DNA of 64,000 nt from contig CAVWLP010000003.1 in assembly GCA_963755915.1 (NCBI GenBank), positions 608,001-672,000 on the forward strand. Reading direction: 5' to 3'. The notes beneath the pieces are model-generated. The model was not told where the DNA came from. It did not search any database and saw only the letters and a list, made by a program, of their open reading frames with translations. Shown here one piece after another: positions 20,572 through 29,373 of this stretch (positions are counted from its first letter, which is position 1; the number at the start of each line of letters is the position of its first letter). The stretch comes from an uncultured Phycisphaerales bacterium. GTDB taxonomy: Bacteria; Planctomycetota; Phycisphaerae; Tepidisphaerales; Tepidisphaeraceae. The position numbers were made by a program, and so were the translations under genes.

Positions 20572-21980
20572 GAGCGGTCCCTCCAGAGCTGGTGAAAGGT
20601 TCGCCTGGCGGGGGCGGGCATGTCGCGGACCTGGGTCCAGCCGGAGACGAACATGGGAAGGGAGCGAATCCAGCCGGTTTTGTGGGCGCGGCGGCGGAGA
20701 TCGAATTTCTGGAAGGCGCTGACGAGGCGGTAGACGAGGGGGCTTTTCATCCCCCAGGCCCAGGTTTTGTAGATGAAGCGCTCGAAGGGGGAATTGAGGT
20801 GCTGGTTGTTGATGTCGCGGCGAAGATTGATCAGGTGTTTGGGGATGTTGATTTTGACGGGGCAGGCTTCGTAGCAGGCGCCGCAGAGGCTGCTGGCCTG
20901 GGGGAGATCTTTGAATTTTTCGAGGCCCTGGAAGAGCGGGGTGATTAGGGCACCAATGGGGCCGGGGTAGACGCTGCCGTAGGCGTGGCCGCCGATTTTT
21001 CGGTAGATGGGGCAGGCGTTGAGGCAGGCGCCGCAGCGGATGCAGCGGAGGGTTTCGCGATACTCCGGGTTGGCGAGAATTTCGGTGCGGCCGTTGTTGA
21101 GAAGGACGAGGTGGAATTCCTCGGGGCCGTCTTTTTCGCCGGGGGTGCGGGGGGAGCCGAAGATGCTGGTGTAGACGGTCATGACCTGGCCGGTGGAGCT
21201 GCGGGCGAGGAGCTTGAGCATGACGGCGAGATCGGAAAGGCGGGGGATGAGTTTTTCGATGCCGACGAGGGAAACGAGGACGCGCGGGGTGGTGATAGAT
21301 TGGCGGGCGTTGCCCTCATTTTCGACGACGCAGACCTGGCCGGTCTCGGCGACGAGGAAGTTGCCGCCGGTAATGCCAAGGTCGGCACGGCGGAATTTTT
21401 CGCGGAGGAATACGCGGGCCTGGGCGGTGAGGGTGGGCGGGTCCTCGTCGTAGGGGGTTTTGAAATATTCGCTGAAGAGCTTGGCGATGGAGGCGCGGTC
21501 TTTATGGATGATGGGGGCAACGAGATGGCTGGGCTTGTCGTGGCTGATCTGGATGATGAATTCACCGAGATCGGTTTCGACGAGATCGAGGCCGGTTGAT
21601 TCGAGGAAATGGGCGAGCTCGATTTCCTCGCTGGCCATGGATTTGCTTTTGATGACGCGTGTGCAGCCGGCCTTTTTGGCGATATCGGCGATGATTCTTT
21701 TGGCGTCATCGCCGGTGTTGGCGAAGTGGACGTGGCCGCCATTTTTCTGGACGGCGGACTGGAGCTGCTGGAGGTAGAAGTCGAGGTTGTCGAGGGTGTG
21801 CTGCTTGATGTCGCCGGCGAGGGAGCGGAGGGCGTCGGCGTTGGGAAGCTCGGCCATGCGGCTTTGGCGGCCGGTGTATTGGCGAAGGGTGTTGGCGCTG
21901 ACGGCGTTTTTGAGGCGCTGATTCTGGGCGGCGCCGACGCTGAGGGCGTGGAAGTCGAAACCTTCGGCGGTCAAAGGCAT
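20568..21980 (-). CDS. lutB: L-lactate utilisation Fe-S protein LutB
   Basis: KSKSMASEEI, ETDLGEFIIQ, ENEGNAR, LRCIRCGACLNACP, SSLCGACYEACPVKI. Confidence 0.96.
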   Translation of the reverse strand: MPLTAEGFDFHALSVGAAQNQRLKNAVSANTLRQYTGRQSRMAELPNADALRSLAGDIKQHTLDNLDFYLQQLQSAVQKNGGHVHFANTGDDAKRIIADIAKKAGCTRVIKSKSMASEEIELAHFLESTGLDLVETDLGEFIIQISHDKPSHLVAPIIHKDRASIAKLFSEYFKTPYDEDPPTLTAQARVFLREKFRRADLGITGGNFLVAETGQVCVVENEGNARQSITTPRVLVSLVGIEKLIPRLSDLAVMLKLLARSSTGQVMTVYTSIFGSPRTPGEKDGPEEFHLVLLNNGRTEILANPEYRETLRCIRCGACLNACPIYRKIGGHAYGSVYPGPIGALITPLFQGLEKFKDLPQASSLCGACYEACPVKINIPKHLINLRRDINNQHLNSPFERFIYKTWAWGMKSPLVYRLVSAFQKFDLRRRAHKTGWIRSLPMFVSGWTQVRDMPAPARRTFHQLWRDRS

Positions 21981-22019
21981 CGGGGGATTGTATCCAGGGA
22001 AAGGAGCGATGCCATGTCG

Positions 22020-22769
22020 TTACCACCGATCGGTGGGAATCTTCATAGCTTCTGCCATGAGTTCGGCGATGTGTTTAACGCCCGCCGGAACATTATGGCG
22101 GTGGCACATGCCGGAAATGTTCATGGTGCAGCCGGCGTCGTTGCAGATGACGGTTTTTGCGCCGGTGGCGGCGATGCAGTTGATCTTGTCTTCAACGATG
22201 GCGCCGCTGATGGCGGGGTATTTGATGGCGAAGGTTCCACCGAAGCCGCAGCATTGATCTGTCTTTTCGAGGGGCTTGAACTGGACGTTGCCGATTTGTT
22301 TGAGGAGGCGAGCGCCTTCGTCTTTGACGCCGATGCCGCGGAGATGGCAGGTAAAGTGATAGGTGATTTCGCGTGGGTCGGGGAGGGAGAACTGGTGGAA
22401 ATCGACCTTGAGGATTTTGTCGAGAAATTCGACGAATTCGTAGGTTTTGGAGCGGAGCTGCTCCATGGGGGCATTCCACTGAGGGTCGCCGTGAAAAAGT
22501 TCGTGATATTGCTCGCGGACCATGGCGCAGCATGAGCCGGAGGGGGTGACGACGTAGGGGTAGGGCTGGAAAATTTCGATCATGCGTTTGGCGAGCTGGG
22601 CAGCCTGGGGTTGGAAGCCGTTGTTGAAAAAGGGCTGGCCGCAGCAGGTTTGCGCCGGGGGGAACTCGACGTCGCAGCCGAAGTGCTGGAGGATTTTGGT
22701 CACGGCGACGCCGACGTGGGGATAGAACTGATCGGTGAGGCAGGTGATGAAGAGGGCGACCTTGGGCAT
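22020..22769 (-). CDS. lutA: L-lactate utilisation CCG-domain protein LutA
   Basis: LFITCLTD, QTCCGQP, PSGSC, CCGFGGTF, DAGCTMNI. Confidence 0.95.
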   Translation of the reverse strand: MPKVALFITCLTDQFYPHVGVAVTKILQHFGCDVEFPPAQTCCGQPFFNNGFQPQAAQLAKRMIEIFQPYPYVVTPSGSCCAMVREQYHELFHGDPQWNAPMEQLRSKTYEFVEFLDKILKVDFHQFSLPDPREITYHFTCHLRGIGVKDEGARLLKQIGNVQFKPLEKTDQCCGFGGTFAIKYPAISGAIVEDKINCIAATGAKTVICNDAGCTMNISGMCHRHNVPAGVKHIAELMAEAMKIPTDRW

Positions 22770-22802
22770 CCGGAGTGATGATAGGGGAAGAGGGGATGCA
22801 AG

Positions 22803-22838
22803 AAAACGCCCCCGGCTTTTTGAAGGCCGGGGGCGGTT
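22803..22838 (-). terminator. Intrinsic terminator after flagellin 1
   Basis: CGCCCCCGGC...GCCGGGGGCG hairpin with an A-tract on the plus strand (U-tail on minus). Confidence 0.7.
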
Positions 22839-22886
22839 GTGGTGATCGCGAAAAAGGGTAACGAGCGAGAACTAAAGCTGCCCGCG

Positions 22887-24296
22887 CTACGTGTTCTGGA
22901 GCAACGACAGCACCTGGTCGGGTTGCTGGTTTGCCTGGGAAAGAACAGTGGTAGCTGCCTGCGAAAGGATCTGATCGCGAGTCAGGTTCGAGGTTTCGGA
23001 AGCGAAGTTGGTATCCATGATGGCGGACTCCGCGGCCGAGACGTTCTCGTAGGCGACGCCAAGGCTGCTCACCGTCGAACCGATGGTGAAGGTTTCAAAG
23101 GCGCCAAGACGGCCTCGCAAGCTGCTGACCTGGGTAATCGCGCTGTTGAGAATGTTCTGCGCGGTCGAGAGGTTGTCGCTGGAGAGGTCGTTGGCGCCAC
23201 CGCTGCCGATGGAGCTGAGATATCCGTTGAAGGAGTCTCCCAGATCGCCGGTGGAGACGGACTGGATGCCGATGGAGGCCTGGTTGGTGGCGTTGACCTG
23301 CGATCCTAACTGGAAGTTAGCCCCCCCACCGGTGACGTAGAAGGTGGTTGAGTTGGGCTTGTCGAAATTGGCCGCGATGTTGAGGCTGACGTCGAGGCCG
23401 GCATCGCGGTAGCTGACGGCAAGCCCTGACACCTCAGCGGCGGCGCCGTTGATGGTGACATTGGCGTCGGTACCCGTACTCTTGGTGGCACTGAAGGCGC
23501 TCTTGAGCGTACCTGAGATCACCTGGATGGTGGCAAACTGCGCCGAGCCGTACTGGGTGGAATTGACGCGGAGGTCGCCACCGCTGACCTGGGCCGAGAG
23601 CCCGGTCGAGGCCTTGACACCATTGATGGAGGTGGCGATGGAGCTGACGGTAGTTCCCGAGGCGAAGGAGAGCTGGGTGCTGCCCAGGTTGCCGGCGATC
23701 TGGAGGGTGACGGTGTTCCCGCTAATGTTTCCACCGGCGTAGGTCAGGACGGCGGTTTTCGCGGAGGAGACCACCTGGACGGCGACGCCAACCGTGCCGC
23801 CACCGGGGACCAGGGCGCTGTTGATCTGGAGGTTGCTGACAGCCGAACCGACGCTGCTAGTGGTGTAGGCGAAGTTTCCGTTCAGCAACTGGAGCCCCTC
23901 GAAGGTGGTTCCCTGCGAGATGCGGTTGATGGTGGAGAGAATGGAGTCGACCTGAAGCTGATCAGCCGCGGTTTCGCTGGCGCTGAGCCCACCGGTGTTG
24001 GCGGCCTGGCCGATCAGACCCTGCAACTGGGTGAGCAGCGAGCTGACCTCATTGAGGCCGCCTTCGGCGGTCCCGATGACGTTGCCGGCGAGGCTGGCGT
24101 TGTTGATTGCGGTGTTGATGCCTGTCTGTTCCTGCTGGAGGCTCAGACCGGCGATGAGTCCAGCGGGGTTGTCGGCGCCGCTGTTGATCTGCAAGCCGGT
24201 GCTGAGGCGCTGCAGGGCGGTGTTGAGGTTCGAGTTGTTTTGTGACAGCGAGCGCTGTGCGATCAGCGAGTTGACGTTTGTGTTAATGACGCTCAT
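22887..24296 (-). CDS. fliC: Flagellin (copy 1, 469 aa)
   Basis: INTNVNSL..QRLSTGLQINSGADNPAGL; LRGRLGA; AESAIMDTNFASETSNLTRDQIL. Confidence 0.96.
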   Translation of the reverse strand: MSVINTNVNSLIAQRSLSQNNSNLNTALQRLSTGLQINSGADNPAGLIAGLSLQQEQTGINTAINNASLAGNVIGTAEGGLNEVSSLLTQLQGLIGQAANTGGLSASETAADQLQVDSILSTINRISQGTTFEGLQLLNGNFAYTTSSVGSAVSNLQINSALVPGGGTVGVAVQVVSSAKTAVLTYAGGNISGNTVTLQIAGNLGSTQLSFASGTTVSSIATSINGVKASTGLSAQVSGGDLRVNSTQYGSAQFATIQVISGTLKSAFSATKSTGTDANVTINGAAAEVSGLAVSYRDAGLDVSLNIAANFDKPNSTTFYVTGGGANFQLGSQVNATNQASIGIQSVSTGDLGDSFNGYLSSIGSGGANDLSSDNLSTAQNILNSAITQVSSLRGRLGAFETFTIGSTVSSLGVAYENVSAAESAIMDTNFASETSNLTRDQILSQAATTVLSQANQQPDQVLSLLQNT

Positions 24297-24570
24297 GGAA
24301 GTCTCTCCGTGACAGTTCTAAATCGTGGAGCAGGATTCGCATCCTTGCGAGCCACGCGTCGCCGAATTCTTTTGGCGACAGCCAATGTGACTTTCCCGTA
24401 TATCGCCGGCGATCGAGGGGGGATTCGCCGGGTGCCGATCCGTGGCTGTATGTGTCTTGAAGGTCATGGTCCCGGCAGGGTTGTCATGTTTCGCTCCTTT
24501 CTCACGAATACCGAAGCCGGCGAGTTTCGTCGATCGCGCCGCGGCGAAGGGCGCCGAATCATGGGACCAA

Positions 24571-24601
24571 TCATCGACGCGTGGCTTGAACAATCTTTTA
24601 G
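24571..24601 (-). promoter_or_regulatory. Sigma28-like promoter of flagellin 1
   Basis: Minus strand CTAAAAG-N16-GTCGATGA; the same AAAG-N16-GTCGAT core lies upstream of flagellin 2. Confidence 0.6.
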
Positions 24602-24750
24602 TTTCTGCGGACCTGCGAACCGGGCATGGTTATAGGGCACTGCGGTTTGTGCGCGTGTGAAAGGCGGGGGCAGGGGCTAAATCCAGGGAAATCGGCAGGA
24701 GTTGGGAGTCGGGCGGTTATTTATTGGACCCCGGGGGATGGGAGGGAGGC

Positions 24751-24782
24751 AAAAAAAATCCCCCGGTCAGATGACCGGGGGA
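24751..24782 (-). terminator. Intrinsic terminator after flagellin 2
   Basis: CCCCCGGTCA-GA-TGACCGGGGG hairpin with A8 on the plus strand. Confidence 0.8.
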
Positions 24783-24834
24783 AGGACTTGCAGGAGTAGG
24801 TTCCGTGGCTCCGCCGCGGGAACTGCCTGAATCA

Positions 24835-26244
24835 TCAGGCATTCTGAAGCAGCGAGAGAACCTGCTGAGGCTGGGCGTTGGCCTGTGAGAGCACAGTCGT
24901 CGCTGCCTGGGACAGGATCTGATCGCGGGTCAGATTCGAAGTTTCGGACGCGAAGTTGGTGTCCATGATGGCGGACTCCGCGGACGAGACGTTTTCATAG
25001 GCGACGCCAAGGCTGCTCACCGTCGAACCGATGGTGAAGGTCTGGAACGCGCCGAGACGGCCTCGCAAGCTGCTGACCTGGGTGATCGCGCTGTTGAGAA
25101 TGTTCTGCGCGGTCGAGAGGTTGTCGCTGGAGAGGTCGTTGGCACCGCCGCTGCCGATGGAGCTGAGATATCCGTTGAAGGAGTCTCCCAGGTCGCCGGT
25201 GGAGACGGACTGGATGCCGATGGAAGCGTTGTTGTCCTGATTGACCTGGGAACCCAGGGCAAAGGTTGCGCCGCCACCCGTGACGTAGAAGGTGGAGGAA
25301 TTGGGCTTGTCGAAGTTGGTGGCGATATTGAGGCTGACGTCGAGGTCGGCGTTGCGGTAGCTGACGGCAAGCCCTGACACTTCAGCGGAAGCGCCGTTGA
25401 TGGTGACGTTGGCATCGGTGCCGGTGCTCTTGGTGGCGCTGAAGGCGCTCTTGAGCGTGCCGGAGATCACCTGGACGGTGGCGAACTGCGCCGAGCCGTA
25501 CTGAGTGGAATTGATGCGGAGGTCGGTACCGCTGACCTGGGCGGAGAGTCCCGTGGAGGCCTTGACGCCGTTGATGGCGGTGGCGATGGAGCTGACGCTG
25601 GTACCGGAAGCAAACGAGAGCTGGGTACTGCCGAGGTTTCCGGCGACCTGGAGGGTGACGGTGTTTCCGCTGATGGCTCCGCCGGTATAGGTGAGGACTG
25701 CGGTCTTGGCGGAGGAAACGACCTGTACGGCGACGCCAACGGTGCCGCCGTCGGGGACCAGGGCGCTGTTGATCTGAAGGTTGCTGACCGCGGACCCAAC
25801 GCCACTGGTGGTGTAGGCGAGGTTGCCATTGAGCAACTGCGTTCCCTCGAACGTCGTGCTGTTTGAGATGCGGTTGATGGTGGAAAGGATGGAGTCCACC
25901 TGGAGCTGGTCAGCGGCGGTTTCGCTGGAGCTGAGGCCGCCGGTGTTGGCCGCCTGACCCACCAGACCCTGAAGCTGGGTGAGCAGCGAGCTGACTTCGT
26001 TCAAACCACCTTCGGCGGTTCCGATAACATTGCCGGCCAGGCTGGCATTGTTGATAGCGGTCTGGATGCCGGTTTGCTCCTGCTGGAGGCTCAGACCGGC
26101 GATCAGGCCGGCCGGATTATCGGCACCACTGTTGATCTGCAAACCTGTGCTGAGCCGCTCGAGGGCGGTATTCAGGTTTGTGTTGTTCTGCGACAACGAT
26201 CGCTGAGCAATCAGCGAGTTGACGTTGGTATTAATGACGCTCAT
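24835..26244 (-). CDS. fliC: Flagellin (copy 2, 469 aa)
   Basis: Close paralogue of copy 1 with the same N- and C-terminal flagellin motifs. Confidence 0.96.
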   Translation of the reverse strand: MSVINTNVNSLIAQRSLSQNNTNLNTALERLSTGLQINSGADNPAGLIAGLSLQQEQTGIQTAINNASLAGNVIGTAEGGLNEVSSLLTQLQGLVGQAANTGGLSSSETAADQLQVDSILSTINRISNSTTFEGTQLLNGNLAYTTSGVGSAVSNLQINSALVPDGGTVGVAVQVVSSAKTAVLTYTGGAISGNTVTLQVAGNLGSTQLSFASGTSVSSIATAINGVKASTGLSAQVSGTDLRINSTQYGSAQFATVQVISGTLKSAFSATKSTGTDANVTINGASAEVSGLAVSYRNADLDVSLNIATNFDKPNSSTFYVTGGGATFALGSQVNQDNNASIGIQSVSTGDLGDSFNGYLSSIGSGGANDLSSDNLSTAQNILNSAITQVSSLRGRLGAFQTFTIGSTVSSLGVAYENVSSAESAIMDTNFASETSNLTRDQILSQAATTVLSQANAQPQQVLSLLQNA

Positions 26245-26442
26245 AGCGGTCTCTCCGTGACTGAAACCCGATCCCTGAAATAATTTCGCGGCAGGTCAGG
26301 GTTTTCCCGCCGAAGCCAACAGGCCTGCGTCTCCGCTTACGCAAACGAAAACGCCCACAGTTCCGGACAACGTCCTTCCTGCAAGTCAGTCGTGGCGCGG
26401 CGAGAAAAGTGGAGTGATCCAACTCCGCCCGACATAGGCGGC

Positions 26443-26472
26443 GTATCGACGGAGATTCAAAAGGCACTTTAG
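26443..26472 (-). promoter_or_regulatory. Sigma28-like promoter of flagellin 2
   Basis: Minus strand CTAAAG-N16-GTCGATAC. Confidence 0.65.
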
Positions 26473-26656
26473 TTGGATTGGTTAAAGTTTTCCGGAATTC
26501 AGGGCAAGGAGGGAGGCGGCGCGGTCAATGCGCCGCGGGCGAAGATTATGTGACGTGATGGGGCGATAACGGCGCGGAGCGGGCGCAGCAGGAAATGGGA
26601 CTCAGGCGAAAATCGCGCCGCCGCAGGAATTTGCTCACACTACCGCGGCGTCAGGA

Positions 26657-28090
26657 TCAGGTGCCCTGGAGCAGCGTGAGGACGTTCTGCGGTGAATTGT
26701 TGGCCGTGGCCAGAACGCTGGTGCCGGCCTGCACAAGAATCTGGGCTCTTGTGAGATTCGAGGTTTCGGAGGCGAAATCGGCGTCCTCGATGTCGCTTTC
26801 GCTGGAAGTGACGTTTTCCAGAGCGACCTGGAGGCTGGCGGAATTGGTGTCCAGGGTATTCTTCTCGAAGGCGCCCAGACGGCCCTGCAACTGGGCGACC
26901 TGCTGGATGGCGGCGGAGACGATCTGGCCGGCGGCCTCGGAATTGCCGCTGACAACGGAGGCGCTGCCGCCGGTCACGATGTCGTTGAGGAACCCGACGA
27001 CGTTATTGCCCAGGGAACTGGCGGCGACGGAACCGATGCCGATGCTGACCTGCTGCTGACTGTTGACGTCGGCGCCGAGTTGGAAGAGTGCCCCGCCACC
27101 GGTGATGGTGAAGCTGGTTTTTCCGATCCCAAAATCGCTGTTGAGGGTCATGTCGAGATCGAGTGAGGAAGTATTGAGCTGAAGTTCCAGGCCGTTGCCG
27201 ACGGTGAGAGCGCCGTTGATGGTGGCAACGGCGTTGGCGCCGACGGCGCGCTGGCTGTCCGCGCCGGCGGACGTGGTGGTCTGGAAGGTGCCGGTCTGTG
27301 CCTGGATGGAGACGTACGAGGTGGTGCCGTAACCGGTGCTGTTGAAGTTGATTCCGGAGGTGGCGGCGGCGGGGTTGATGAGATCGGCGGTGACGCCGGT
27401 GCTGTCGGAGATTCGATTGACGGCGAAGGCGATGGCCGAAGCGGTGGTTCCGCTGACAAACGAGAGGGTCTGGCTGCCCTCATTGCCGGCGATTTCAAGG
27501 GTGACGCTTTGGGTAATGGAGCTGCCGCGGAACTGGAGGTCGGCAAGCTTTGCGCTGGCGATGACGTTGACATCGACGGGCATCGTGGGCTGGGTGCCGA
27601 GATTCGCCTGGGAGATGGTCAACGCGCTGATCGCGCTGGTGGCGACGCCGCAGGTGATGTAATTGAGGCTGCCGTCGAGGAGATTGAGGCCGGCGAAACT
27701 GGTGGTTTCGGCGATTCGACTGATGGAAGAGACGTCGGAGTCGATCTGAAGCTGGTTGGCTTGAAGCTCCTCGGGGGACTGAGCGCCGGAGTTGGCGGAT
27801 TCGACAACGAGGCCGTTGATGTCCTGGAGAAGGGAATCGACTTCGGTGAGGGCGCCATCGGCGGTGGTGATCACGTTGGTGGCCGTCGAGCTGTTGTTGA
27901 TCGCCTGCGAGATACCGGTGATTTCGGTCTGCAGGTCCTGGCTGGCGATGAGTCCCGCGGGATCATCGGCGCCGCTGTTGATGCGGAGCCCGGTGCTCAA
28001 TCGTTGTAACGATTGATCGAGGGAAGCCTGTGAGTTCTGAAGAGCGTTCTGAGCGATCAGAGACGCGACGTTGGTTTCGATGCGGCCCAT
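26657..28090 (-). CDS. fliC: Flagellin (copy 3, divergent, 477 aa)
   Basis: RLSTGLRINSGADDPAGL; GRLGAFEKN; SDIEDADFASETSNLTRAQILVQAG. Confidence 0.95.
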   Translation of the reverse strand: MGRIETNVASLIAQNALQNSQASLDQSLQRLSTGLRINSGADDPAGLIASQDLQTEITGISQAINNSSTATNVITTADGALTEVDSLLQDINGLVVESANSGAQSPEELQANQLQIDSDVSSISRIAETTSFAGLNLLDGSLNYITCGVATSAISALTISQANLGTQPTMPVDVNVIASAKLADLQFRGSSITQSVTLEIAGNEGSQTLSFVSGTTASAIAFAVNRISDSTGVTADLINPAAATSGINFNSTGYGTTSYVSIQAQTGTFQTTTSAGADSQRAVGANAVATINGALTVGNGLELQLNTSSLDLDMTLNSDFGIGKTSFTITGGGALFQLGADVNSQQQVSIGIGSVAASSLGNNVVGFLNDIVTGGSASVVSGNSEAAGQIVSAAIQQVAQLQGRLGAFEKNTLDTNSASLQVALENVTSSESDIEDADFASETSNLTRAQILVQAGTSVLATANNSPQNVLTLLQGT

Positions 28091-28121
28091 ATCAATCCTC
28101 CATGATTGCTAATGGACAAAC

Positions 28122-28163
28122 GGGGCGAGTTTCCAGGGGCGAGTTTCCAGGGGCGAATTTCCT
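28122..28163. repeat. 14-nt tandem repeat, 3 units
   Basis: GGGGCGAGTTTCCA GGGGCGAGTTTCCA GGGGCGAATTTCCT. Confidence 0.9.
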
Positions 28164-28174
28164 GAGGGATAGAA

Positions 28175-28447
28175 TTACTTCTTATCCTTGTCATCCTTTT
28201 TAGCCGGTGGGGACGCATTGTCCGCCGGCGCGATCTTTCCGAATCCCGAAAGATCCTCGGGCTTAACTTGCGCCGCGGCTTTGTTCTCGCGGCGGATGGC
28301 GTCGTAGACTTCCTTGCGGTGGACGCTGATCTCCTTGGGGGCGTTAATCCCGAGTCGAACTTTGTCACCACGGATGTCAACAACGGTCACCTCGATATTG
28401 TCACCGATCATGATCGTTTCATCTCGCTGACGTGAGAGGACGAGCAT
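28175..28447 (-). CDS. csrA: Carbon storage regulator CsrA
   Basis: [48 protein letters not shown]. Confidence 0.98.
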   Translation of the reverse strand: MLVLSRQRDETIMIGDNIEVTVVDIRGDKVRLGINAPKEISVHRKEVYDAIRRENKAAAQVKPEDLSGFGKIAPADNASPPAKKDDKDKK

Positions 28448-28568
28448 GTTCAGGCTCCTTCCTGCAATTCGGCCCGCGAACCGGCGCTATTTCCGGCGGC
28501 GGAGGTCCGATCCACCCGAGACGTCCGTGTCCCAGGCCATGTTTATTCCCACCCCTGAATCCCCACCC

Positions 28569-29018
28569 TTACGCCGACTTCGCCAGAGGGACTTCGGCGG
28601 TGAGCCTGAGCAGAGGCTGGCGCGTGGTCCATTTCTTCTCTGTGAGGACGACCTGCTGTGCGAGGCGACTTTCGCTGTTGACGATGATCGGCCCGAGCAG
28701 ATTTCCGGTGAGCCAGTCTCCGATCTTGTTGCAGATGACGAAGACCTGGGCGAATTTCAGGTCGGAGAAGGCGAGATCACCGAGCGTTTCCTCGCGCATG
28801 GGGACCTCATAATCCTTGAAGAAGATCGTGGGGTCGGTGACGACGAAGGCGAGCGTTGGCTCATCGACGCTCTGGAGCCAGAAGAAGTAATTTCCCTGGC
28901 CGGTCTGGATCAGCGCGAATCGCTGATGATTGGGGAACCCAAGCAGTCCCCTGGGAAAGTTCATCAGGCGCGTTTCGTCAACGGGAACGACGCCGAAACG
29001 AGACGTGTTGATCTCCAT
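28569..29018 (-). CDS. fliW: Flagellar assembly factor FliW
   Basis: MEINTSRFG..FPRGLLGF..FFWLQSVDEPTLAFVVTDP..TGNLLGPIIVN; adjacent to csrA. Confidence 0.95.
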   Translation of the reverse strand: MEINTSRFGVVPVDETRLMNFPRGLLGFPNHQRFALIQTGQGNYFFWLQSVDEPTLAFVVTDPTIFFKDYEVPMREETLGDLAFSDLKFAQVFVICNKIGDWLTGNLLGPIIVNSESRLAQQVVLTEKKWTTRQPLLRLTAEVPLAKSA

Positions 29019-29373
29019 GATCTGCTTCTCCAATGGCGCGGCTTGCCGAGAAAACCGCGTAAAAGTTTTTACCGGCGGCGTCATGCCGCTCGGTTGCGTT
29101 CGCGGGAAATTCCGCGGCGCCGGCATCCGGCGGCATCCAGCGGCCGGAGACCTAACTGGGACAATTCCGCAACCGGCGGAAGGGTCCGGGCAACCGCGGG
29201 CGTCCACCGCGGGCTGCCGCAAGCTTGTTCCCCGGTTCCACCGGAGCAGGCGGGTTTCGGCGATTTCTGCCTCAGTCGGCAGATTTTTCTGCGCCTGATG
29301 CGATTGAATGCTTATTGCTCAATCGCAATGTACATCGCACCTACGCACAGGCAATCCGCGTGCCACGCCGGCG

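Noticed and set aside
24297-26656. c-di-GMP riboswitch in the flagellin leaders
   Set aside because: The GGCAAA...GAAA...ACGCAAA core was not found on the minus strand.
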